A stretch of DNA of 64,000 bases from Eledone cirrhosa. Lineage: Eukaryota. The stretch is from positions 41,168,001 to 41,232,000 of the forward strand of contig OZ024756.1 in the NCBI GenBank assembly GCA_964016885.1, written 5' to 3'. The position numbers and the translations under genes were made by a program. Under the pieces are notes generated by a model. It did not search any database. It saw only the letters and a list, made by a program, of their open reading frames with translations, and was not told the DNA's origin. Below are positions 53,305-64,000 of this stretch, piece by piece (the first letter of the stretch is position 1; the number at the start of each line of letters is the position of its first letter).

Positions 53305-53836
53305 AATCAACGTTCTCCGGCCAACATCAGAAAACAGCACAGTTCCCATGACTTTCGGAAACATTTTTTTATGCTCAGAGTTGCTGAAGCATGGAACAAA
53401 CTACCTGCATCGGTTGTCGAGACACTGCATCCTTTAAGGCCTCCATGCTTCCCGAGATCCGCCAACACTACACCTGATGTTCCCCCTCCATATACATACA
53501 CACATGTATACCATGACTCATACACTATTCACTTCCCTGACATTTGTGTATTGGCAGTATCGGTAGAGAGTCGGACACCATGCTTTACAGCATAGAGTTA
53601 TGGGCCTTTATGATCTGAGTTCAAATCCTGCCGAGGTTAACTTTGCCTTTCATCCTTACGGGGTCGATAAAATAAAGTACCAGTCACACACTGGGGTCGA
53701 TTTTATCGACTTTCCCCTCCCCCAAAAATTGCTGGCCTTGTGCATAAAGTAGAAACAATTATTCAATGTACTATACATACACCTTTGACGAGTTGTAGTG
53801 CACCTGAGCACTTTACACAATAATTTCATTATTATT
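53305..53836 (+). mobile_element. CR1-like LINE 3' end with nested SINE (~53548-53764)
   Basis: RKQHSSHDFRKHFFMLRVAEAWNKLPASVV is the CR1 ORF2 tail; 3' UTR ends in (ATT)n. The same tail recurs at ~15680-15765, 17593-17680, 44517-44630 (+) and 47770-47885 (-). Confidence 0.8.
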
Positions 53837-54010
53837 ATATATATACGAGTTCCGGGTTCAATCGCGGGCAACCACAGTAAGTAAGGTACTCAATACATTA
53901 GTAGGGTGTACACAACAAAAATTGGGAAGTCGATTTTATCGACCCCGGCATTATATTTCATTGAACCATGGAGGATGAGAAGCAAAGTTAATTTCATTCG
54001 AAGGAAATCG

Positions 54011-54063
54011 GGCTTTTCCTGACGATTTCCTTCGAATGAAACAGTTCTAGTCATGTAGAAGCC
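54011..54063 (+). ncRNA. Type I hammerhead-like motif (U.U at base of stem II)
   Basis: GGCUUUUC-CUGACGA-U-UUC-cuuc-GAA-U-GAAA-CA...U-GUA-GAAGCC; related copies on the minus strand at 21296-21350 and 7542-7583. Confidence 0.55.
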
Positions 54064-54080
54064 ATTTCTATATTAATTTT

Positions 54081-54115
<35 letters not shown>

Positions 54116-55848
54116 AACCCATGCTAGCGTGGAAAGTGGACGTTAAACGAGGATGATGATGATATATATATATAGTTGTAGAAGTAAAGTTGCTTATACG
54201 CAGGTGTTATGTTGTAACTTGTTGAGGATAAGCCGGTCCGAGCGATCCCAAAGCGATCGTCAGTAGTTTATCCCAGCTAAAAGTTGGTGACTAGGAATGA
54301 CAGAGTATTAATTTATTATATGATGTTGCGGCTGCTGCTGATGATGATGATAGTTGTGGTGGTCATGAATTGACACAAATATTGGACTGTTACTTTTCTT
54401 ACTTTTCTTTTTATCGACCTCGAAAGGATGAAAGGCTAAGTTGATTGTGGTGGGATTTTAACAGAGAGTCGGAACAATACTGCCAACATTCCATCTATCG
54501 TTCTAGTAACTCCCAATTGACTGTCTATATAATTATTATAGCAGACTGAATAGAATATTGGCTGGAGGACTAATGGTTCTTATTCCATTGTTCTGATGTT
54601 CAAAGTATTTTGGTTCTCAATATGAGTTGGTAAGGAACCAACCCCACACCATCTGGCAGTACCTCACAACTTGGTAAGGTACCAACCCCACACCATCTAG
54701 CAGTGTTTAATATCCCACGACTGTCAGTTACCTGGATGCTTTTTGCCATGGCACCAACACCACCACTTTGCAGGGTAGATTGGGTGCTTTTTGTCATAAT
54801 TAGAGCACTACCACTTTGCAGTGCAGATTTGGTGCTATTGTTTTACAGAGTGGGCTTGGTGCATTTTATCGTGGCACCAGTACTACCTCATTACAACACT
54901 AGGGTACTGTGTTTTGGTCAGTCTGGTGAGGCATTATCTTGGACAGTTTGAATAACATAGTTTGATAATAAAAGCTTTGTGTGTATTGGTGCATAAAACT
55001 ATGCCCGAAAAGAGGAGATGGTCATGGTAAGATTGCCTTTGATTATTCAGTAGAGTGTGGGAATATATGTAAATGGGATGCCTAAATTAGAGGGCAGTTG
55101 ATTGCCAGAGTCGTTATAGCAACTAACAAAATACTGTGGTATTTAGTTATGTCCTTTATATTCTGAGTTCAAATCCTGTTGAGATTAACTCTGCTTTTCA
55201 TCCTCCATGGTTCAATAAAATATAATACCGGGGGTCGATAAAATCAACTTTTCTATTCCAGAAATTGCTGGCCTTGTGCCTAAATTAGGAATTACCATTT
55301 ATAGGTTTCAACTAGCAAATCTTTCTATGAACATGTCACTAGGTGAACTAAGGGAAATAACTCGTGGTAGGTAATGTAGACAACTCAACGTTATCAACTA
55401 AAAGGCGTAGGACATTTCGTTATAACTTCCAAACAAGGGTAGTAGACTGGCAGAATCGGTAGAGCGTCGGTATTTAACCCCAGACCAGAGCAGGGGACTG
55501 GTACTATATTTTCTCAATCTCTGAAAGGATGAAGAACAAAGTTGACCACTGCAGGATATAAAACCACAAGGAAATAGTAGGCCGGAACATATCACCCAAT
55601 CTGTTGCCCTTGGAATAAAGAAATAACTAAATCACATCAAAATATTCATTAATTTACTTTTATTTGTTAACTAAGAAGTTATAAAGCAAAATATTTTTTA
55701 AATTTTTCTTTTTTTTAAATTTTTATACAAAAAAAAAAAACATATAGGGAGGAAGGAAAAGAAAACATGATGAGACATTAGACAGGGACTGTTCCCTGTC
55801 TCATCAAATATAATCAGTCCATTAGTTAATACATTTTCTTATTTAATG

Positions 55849-55933
55849 TCAGCGACCACCCCTTAGTGCCAATACCAAGTGAAGTACTGATCCACCGGTC
55901 ACCTTGTAATCACATGCAGTTTTCTCATCATTC
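55849..55933 (-). CDS. NEDD8: NEDD8 exon 5
   Basis: ttttcag|...[15 protein letters not shown]. Confidence 0.95.
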
Positions 55934-56640
55934 CTGAAAATAAAAATAGAAAAAAGATTCAGTAAACAGAAAATTTCAATAATGATACTCAAGTCTTTTT
56001 CAACTTATTCAGACATACTGGAAGGTGGTCGGGTTGGTGCCATGACAAAAGGCACCCAGTCCACCCTGTAAGGTGATTGGGTTAGTGCCATGATAAAAAG
56101 CACTCAGTCCACCCTGTAAGGTGATCATGATGGTGCCATGACAAAAGGCACCCAGTCCACCCTGTAGGTGATTGGGTTAGTGCCATAACAAAAAACACCC
56201 AGTCCACTCTGTAAAGTGGTGAAGCTGGTGACGCAACAAAAAGCACACAGTCCACCTTGTAATATGGTAAGCATTGGGAATTTCATCTGGCTGTAGAAAT
56301 CAAACCAAAAATGGAATGTATGATCAATATGACAACCTGCCAAACCCATGCTAGTAGGGAAACTAGACATTAAATGGTGGTGATGAGAGTCATAAGAGCA
56401 TTGAATTAAATGTATTGTTGTATTTGTTTCAGCTCTCTGAGTTCAACTTCACCTTTCATCCCTTTGGAGTCAATAAATAAAGTACCAGTCCAGCAATGGT
56501 TACCAGGAAAATGGAGGACCTCCATCATTCAACCATTCATTGGAAACAATATCACAAAAGGGTTAAACTTGCCACCTTAACTCCACATAAATTAACCTTT
56601 TATCAAATATTTAGCTAAGTAAACAGTTTTATATTACAGT

Positions 56641-56707
<67 letters not shown>

Positions 56708-59700
56708 GTTTACAAGCTGGACATTAGACAGAAATAAGTCAACCCAGAAGAAATTAAAATATCTTACATCTGTTTGCCGCTAAAAATAAGCCGTTGTTGA
56801 GGTGGAGGGATGCCTTCTTTTTCTTCAACTCTTTCTTTTATTCTTTCAACCTGGAAAAATACAAGAATTACACAAATAAACATCTTTTATTAATAACCCA
56901 ACTGAAAAGGGTAGTGCTGGTGACATGATAAAATACCCCCAACCACACTGAAAAGTGCTAGTATTGGTGACATGATAAAATGCCCCCAATTCATTCTGAA
57001 AGGTGGTTGTGCTGGTGTCACAAATAAAACACACAGTTCACCCTGTCAACAGTGAATGAAAACCAATGTTAAACCAATGATGATGAATTACCCGTGTATA
57101 GACTTGAAAAGCAGAAACTAACAAAAGGATTGTGAAAGTTATATATAATGGAACAAAGATATATGTTAGTGATATATTTAAGGAAAACAAAAGTTCTTAC
57201 CTTATCTGTTGGCTCAATATCAATTTCAATCTAATAAAAGAGAAATAATGGTTAGAAGTAAATAATTTAAAGAATTATTTTATTTGTAGAGAAAAATTGT
57301 GAATTCTTTAAGAAATATCCAACCACTATCTTAGGCAATACAACCTTTTATTAAATATATTAAGTGAAGGATGTTCTTGAAGATGACACTGGGTTGGAAA
57401 ATGGGGAAATTATGGAAAACACAACAGATATTTGTTCAACCCATGCAAGTATGGAAGAGCAGACATAACTAGATAATGATGTAATAAAATAGCCTAGTAT
57501 GGCGAGTAAAGTAAATCATTAATCCAATGCCAACACTGAATAGATGGGTCCCTCTTCCTAGTTGGATCAACATGTACCTTAGTGCTAGTACCACAAAAAA
57601 ATGCTCCCAATACATTGTCTAGGGGCTGGCATTAGGAACGGCATCCAGCCATAGAAAACTAAACCAAAATGAAACATATAAGACAGGGTCCCTGACTTGT
57701 CTAACTTAACAACATTACAACTCATCTAATCCATGCAGAGAAAATAGATGTTTAATGTTGCTTATCATAATAATTCTAGATGGTTCTTCCTATTTCACAT
57801 TACATTGTCCAACACTTGTAGAAAGTTTCATCTGCCAATAATTGCAATGAAGTAAATAAAAAATATCTGAAGAGAAGGGGTGAATGGAGAGTGGTAACAG
57901 GAAGAAAGAAAATAGCTCTTATATCATCATCATCATTTTACATCCGCTTTTCCCTGCTTGCAAGGGAACACACCAGTGTATTAATGCTAAAACAATTATG
58001 AGCATTATATATATGTATATATAAATGAAGTAATTCCGTCGGAAAGGTCCAGGAAAAAAGAGTGCTCTATGTAGGTTACAGAGCTTATTAGTTATGTAAT
58101 AAACAACATAAGATAATTATTTCATTTACCAGTGGAGTCTTGAAAGCAAACAAATTTGCTTTCATTCATCAGATTCTGATGAATGAAAGCAAATTTGTTT
58201 GCTTTCAAGAAACCACTGGTAAATGAAATAATTATCTTATGTTGTTTATTACATAACAATATGTATATATATATACACACACACACACAGGACAGTTCTG
58301 ATAGAGCAGGTCTATAACAAAAAAGACATTCCTGCCATGACTACCCTGTATTATTATTTCTTCCAGACTACAATATCTAATGTATATCTGTTATTCATTT
58401 ATAGACAGTCTGGTGTAGTTTGTTACAAAAGGTCTGGTGAAAACGTTAGACCCCACCACCACTTACTGTTGGCAATTTAATAATTATATATAAGATTTTT
58501 CATGTCTAATTTATACTGGAAATGTTGACAGTTATAATTAACTAAATTACAACACATAATTAAGCAAAAAGAAAGCTATCATTTGACAGTAGTTTTCTAA
58601 CATAGGCACAATTTTTTGTCTTTGAAGTGTGTATGGGGGGGGGGGGGTTAAATCGACCCCCAGTGCTTGACTGGTACTTTATTTTATCGAACCGGAAGGA
58701 TTAAAAACCAAGTTGACTTCGACAGGATTTTTAACCAGTACGTAGAGGGTCATAACGAAATACCAGTGCCTGACTTACCTAAAAGCTTAAGCTATAGCTT
58801 AGGGTAACACACCCTCAGTGTTGCCAGTGTCTGACTTACCTAAAAGGTTAAACTATAGCTTAGGGTAACACACCCTCAGTGTAGCCAGTGTCTGACTTAC
58901 CTAAAAGGTTAAACTATAGCTTACGACCACACACCCTCGGGGGCCTTATTTTTTAAAATACACTTTTATTTTTCTATGCGGCAAATGGAATAAATCAATT
59001 AATTAGTTAAGAGGAACATTTTGTAACTAATTTAATTTTCTAATCATTAATAAATAATCATCATTTATAATCATTAAACATTTTCTTAGAGAAGGGCCTC
59101 AAATTCCATTTGGCTAGGGACTCATCCGGCTCCGTGAAATACTGTAATGTATCATTTGAAACAAAGCCAATCAGACACACGAGTGGAGGCCATTTTAATG
59201 TTAAAACAATGTACCAACATCTGACAAGATTCGGTGAGGTAGAAACAAGTAGTTTTTTACAAATTGCCATTAATTTGACACACACATATATATGAATAGG
59301 AAGAAGGTATCAAAATATCATTAGATATTGCAGTCAGGAAGAAATAATAATTGTTTCTACTTTTGGCACAAGGCCAGCAATTACTCAGTGTATTACTGGT
59401 ACTTTATTTTATCGACCCCATAAGGATGAAAGGCAAAGTTAACCTCGGCGGGATTTGACAGGAAGAAATAATAATACGGGGCAGTCACGATTGGGATGTC
59501 TTTTTTTGTTATATAAAACTTTTATCAACATCGACTTGAAGTAAAATCTAGAAAGTTACCGACTGAATCTTCTGTATGTGATAAAAGTAACAAAGCAAAG
59601 CCAACTTAAATCTAAATATAGAATTAATCCGGAAATATATATAAAAATACCTTATCTTAGATTTCGGTAATAATTAATATTTATTTTTAATATGTTTAAA

Positions 59701-60902
59701 AGTTATTTAAACTCTCTCACATGATTGAAAAAATAATAACACAAAAATATAATTTTTCTAACTAATCGATCAATTTGATAAATTCATTTTTTTATACATA
59801 GATCTGATTTCTTTTAAAAAATAGGACAAGACAATTAAAATAACTAAATTAACCGAAATTTTGATTTCGACAAACAATAAAATAGTAAAATTGTACATAA
59901 AAAGTAGTTTTGTAGCATGGAAAGGTTTGCAATTAATTCCTTTCGATGTGGTGGCCATAAATTGATTGAATAATTAACTGCAGTAAAATTACTAGTTCTC
60001 GTGGTTATCGATTCTTGGAGATAAAATACAAAATAGATCTGGAGTGTATGTGTGGGGTTTAAACATTAAAATCGTGATATGAAAGAAATTCACTTGTTCA
60101 TCCAGCGCTTCACACTTCAGCCATTTTCACATTTCTCTCTCTCATATATATAAGTATGAATTTCTATATATAGTCTCTAGATTAGCTAGAAATAGCAGCC
60201 AAATATCCCTTAACTAACACACTACCATCTTCATAAAATAGTGTGGTCAACTATTAAGGGCGGTGTATATTGTCCAGATCAATAAAGAGCCGGATTAGAT
60301 CAACTGTATTAGTTTAAGTCGAAGATCAGTGAATCTTGTCTTTTTATCATCACATTAGGGATAAGATTGGTAACATTTGTACCAGTAATATCCTGAGGTT
60401 AATTAATTTAATTGTCTTCATCCATTAATATGAAAACAAAAATCTAGCACTGATTGTAATTATTATTAAGTGAAATGAAATCGACATTAAGCAAGAGAGG
60501 AGGAAGAAATGTGTGTGTGTCTGTGTGTAAAGAATGAGTTATACTTTGGGAAGAGAATCACAGAGAGAGAAGCTTTAAAACAAACCCGGAAATATTATCA
60601 ACAGTATAAAGATATATTAAATATATATATATATATAAATAAATATATATAATTAATAGAAGATATTTACCTCTTTGCCAGTCAGGGTCTGAAATAAACA
60701 AAACGAAAATATTTCAAACGATGTTCTTCTGTGACTTAGTTTTAAAGAACAATATAACAGGAAAACATATAAAACCAAATAACAACAGCTGAATATATCT
60801 TAAAGAAGCAGACATAATAAATATATATATATATATGGTTATATATATCTATTTATTATATTATATTATTTATTTAATAATTACCTTCACTTTGATGAGC
60901 AT
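55849..60902 (-). CDS. NEDD8: Ubiquitin-like protein NEDD8; 5 coding exons, 77 aa precursor
   Basis: Exons: 60902-60885 (MLIKVK), 60688-60671 (TLTGKE), 57230-57201 ([10 protein letters not shown]), 56850-56768 ([27 protein letters not shown]), 55933-55849 ([28 protein letters not shown]-stop). Ala72 in LALRGG is diagnostic versus ubiquitin. Candidate AATAAA at 55659-55664. Missed entirely by the ORF track. Confidence 0.97.
56768..56850 (-). CDS. NEDD8: NEDD8 exon 4
   Basis: ccag|[27 protein letters not shown]|gtaaga. Confidence 0.95.
57201..57230 (-). CDS. NEDD8: NEDD8 exon 3 (30 nt)
   Basis: attag|[10 protein letters not shown]|gtaaga. Confidence 0.93.
58091..58257. repeat. Near-perfect palindrome, 83-bp arms
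   Basis: 58091-58173 versus 58175-58257; two adjacent mismatches. Confidence 0.95.
58173..58224 (+). ncRNA. Type I hammerhead-like motif in a palindrome
   Basis: CUGAUGA-A-UGAAAGCAAA-uuug-UUUGCUUUCA-A-GAAA-CCACUG-GUA; stem I cut short by the palindrome centre. Confidence 0.55.
58763..58938. repeat. Tandem triplication, 61-bp unit
   Basis: ccagtgtctgacttacctaaaaggttaaactatagcttagggtaacacaccctcagtgtag. Confidence 0.9.
59335..59475 (-). mobile_element. 5'-truncated SINE with 17-bp target-site duplication
   Basis: CAGGAAGAAATAATAAT at 59335-59351 and 59459-59475. Confidence 0.85.
60671..60688 (-). CDS. NEDD8: NEDD8 exon 2 (18-nt microexon)
   Basis: tttcag|ACCCTGACTGGCAAAGAG|gtaaat. Confidence 0.92.
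60885..60902 (-). CDS. NEDD8: NEDD8 coding exon 1
   Basis: ATGCTCATCAAAGTGAAG|gtaatt. Confidence 0.92.
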
Positions 60903-62682
60903 TTTTAATGTTTGAGATCACTCCATACAATTTCCGGTAGTCCCGCACTAAATATGTTCTTCTTCCTTTTAGTCGGAGAAAACCGCACACACACATCACG
61001 TATATATATTTTTTATAGATAGATACACGCACATATATACACCCGCCCACATATATATATAAATATATACATATGTGTGTGTATCTATGTATAAATTGAT
61101 AGAGATACACACCCACTCGCACATATACACACAACGAAGAATTTAAAAAAATATTTTAAGTATTATAAACGTTTTAGGTTTATTAAATTAATGTCACAAA
61201 AAAGAATTACGACATTATTGCTTAAAATAAATAAAATTATATATATATATATGTATTATTCACTACATATCTGCGTGCACGCAAACACACACTTACATAG
61301 CTGAGTTAATTTCTTTACTGGTTTATTAATTTCAGTCGCTGGCTGCGATCATGCTTGAGCAAGGTCTTGAATCGTTTTGTCTTTCACATCAACCTCGAGT
61401 GATTATTTCGACCTGGCGATTAGTTTGTCTAACCGCTAAGTTACGGAATACAAACAATGACAAGACCGGTGTGAACATACATAAAGAAATGCACACACAC
61501 ATATATATATATATGTTTATAAACAATAACGGATATATGTATATATATCTCTATGTGGTTGTCGGCTGAGAGAAAAGTTTGAATAAAATGAATTTATTTA
61601 TATGAATATGTATTTATGTATGTATAATGAGAGAGAGAGAGACGTGTGTGTGTGTGTGAAAACACACGCATATGTGAGCTAAGGGAAATAACTCAAAAAA
61701 GGCTATGTGGTGAATTTATATAATTCCGTTTCAGCGTTGATTACTCAGTGGTGGACGTAAACAGCTCTGAATAAACTCGAATGTCTTTTGCAAAAGAAGG
61801 GAAAAAAACCCTAGCGGCAAATGGTAGAGATTCTCAAATAAAACGGGATGGTACTTTTAAAATATTATGAATTATTCTTGCCACCCATCTCCTCTAAAAT
61901 AATTTTCAATTTAGAGAAAGGATTTCTACTTTTTACTTTATTTTATTTTACTTTTAGGAATAAATACGCATAAAAGAGAGGAAAGAAAAAGGGAGAAGTA
62001 AAAACAAAAACGACCATCAATTGCCCACCAAGTGCGATAGTCGGCCGCACATCACATCATAGGGTTAACTAAACACTTTGAGGCACGCCAACACGCTCAC
62101 AGTATTGGCACGGCTGATGGCGAGGCTAAGACGCTGAAACAACTAGGCACCCTCACGGGGATTACGTGACACCTCAGTATGGCGAGCCACCAGCGCTGAC
62201 AAGAACTTCATTGTCAGTGGCCCAACTCCGCCTAAACGTCTCAAAAACCATAGGCTGGAAAAAATAATTACTAGATAAACCCAGGCTCTACCACAAACCT
62301 ATCACATGAAAATATAAAACTACAAAATTACTGAGATACGTCCAAAAACTATTGGGTATGTTAAAGAGTCTAAGAATTTTCACTTTCATAACCCTGTTTG
62401 TCGAAGTTTAAGTTGATTTTGGTCATTAAGAAAACATGTTTTTTATTCCAACTAATCCTTATTCCAATTATTAAAGACAACTTCTATGGTATCGCAACTA
62501 TCATCTCCCCCCCCCCCCCCACACACACACACTACACCTCACCACACTCCCACCCAACCCCACCACATTCCTCACTTTTCCAACCAGATTATCACTTCAT
62601 CCGCTCTAAAAATATAATCACCTTGTTGTCCTCCCACATACAACACAGCACTTCCCCCTTTCTTTCTCTCCTCATTATCTCC

Positions 62683-62980
62683 CTTCTGTCACTCTCCCTC
62701 TCTCTTCTGTCACTCTCCCTCATGTCACTCCCTCTCCCTTCTGTCACTCCCTCTCCCTTCTGTCACTCCCTCTCTCTTCTGTCACTCCCTCTCTCTTCTG
62801 TCACTCTCCCTCTCTCTTCTGTCACTCCCTCTCCCTTCTGTCACTCCCTCTCTCTTCTGTCACTCCCTCTCTCTTCTGTCACTCCCTCTCTCTTCTGTCA
62901 CTCCCTCTCCCTTCTGTCACTCCCTCTCTCTTCTGTCACTCCCTCTCTCTTCTGTCACTCTCTCTCTCTTCTGTCACTCT
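62683..62980. repeat. Pyrimidine-rich ~20-bp tandem repeat
   Basis: (ttctgtcactccctctctc)n. Confidence 0.9.
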
Positions 62981-63036
62981 CTTGTCTTTTTCTGTGTTTC
63001 CCTCAATAACCTGTTGACTATTCACCAGAGAGAGAT

Positions 63037-63077
<41 letters not shown>

Positions 63078-63810
63078 GAGAGAGAGACAGGCAGACAGAG
63101 AGACAGACAGTCAGACAGATATATAGATAGAGGCAGACAAACAGACAGAGACAGATAGAGAGAGATAGATGATAGATAGAGAGACGGAGAGAGAGAAAAG
63201 AGAGGAGGGATAGATGACTAGATAGGATATTTGAGTGTGAGAAAGAGAGAGACAGACAGACTGAGCAGTAGGGAGAGAGAGAGAGAGAGAGAGAGAGATA
63301 AATAGACAGAGCAGTAGAGAGAGAGAGAGAGGGGAGTGGATGGTAGAAGGGGGAGGGAGAACGAAAGTGAAAGCAACACGCTGATAAGAATGGAAACCTA
63401 CAAAATTATATCAGTGAAAAATATATATACACACACACATACACACATACACACATACATACATATATACATATATATATATACACTCACGTACATATAC
63501 ATATATATATCATCATCATCATCATCATCATTGTTTAACGTCTATCTTCTACGCTAGCATGGGTTTAGACGGGATATATATATATATACATTCACACACA
63601 CACATATATATGTAAGTGTGTGTGTGTGTTAAATCATTACTCAACAGAGTACTCGATACTTGGGGTAGTAGAGTATAGCTATATTATAAAGAGTTAGGAC
63701 CCGACAGGTGAGCTCTTGCTGTTTCAACAGCTCTTTATAATAAAAATATATGTATGTATATATAGTTATAGGAATAACCAAAGAGTGCTTAGAAATACAT
63801 AGTTTTATTA

Positions 63811-63856
63811 GCTAACAGTGTTTCATCCATACACCATGGCAGGAATCTTCAGAGTC
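63811..63856 (-). ncRNA. Degenerate hammerhead-like motif
   Basis: CUGAAGA-U-UCC...GGA-U-GAAA-C-acu-GUU-AG. Confidence 0.35.
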
Positions 63857-64000
63857 TATAAACATGAGTATATCAGTAGTTGCATGCTCCATCAAGCTGC
63901 GTCACCAGAACAACTTTAAATGACCAGCAGGGGGTCCCGAGGCTAGCGCTATATAGAAAAAGACATAATACATGATGCACATAATGTCATAAAATGTCTT

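Overview
AT-rich, microsatellite-dense animal genomic DNA, most likely a cephalopod (Octopus-like SINE, LINE and (TA)n landscape; this is an inference). Three spliced protein-coding genes lie on the minus strand and were reconstructed by hand from GT-AG boundaries and reading-frame phase: NEDD8 (5 coding exons, 55849-60902, 77 aa), DPAGT1 (8 coding exons, 45939-52222, 412 aa), and an unnamed 8-exon, 481-aa J-domain protein carrying a C2HC zinc finger and a C-terminal Cys4 motif (10314-35366). A probable non-coding first exon of a fourth gene lies near 2.8 kb. The remainder is tRNA-derived SINEs, CR1 and RTE LINE fragments, Tc1/mariner and hAT MITEs, a solo LTR, and several minisatellites, including a ~65 x 66 bp array. 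The most unusual signal is a set of type I hammerhead-ribozyme motifs, probably termini of Penelope-like elements, several of them inside long fold-back palindromes. One with a fully canonical core (11668-11732) is in the sense strand of the J-protein pre-mRNA and is paired with its own antisense copy. Nearly all ORFs in the supplied track are artefacts of simple repeats.
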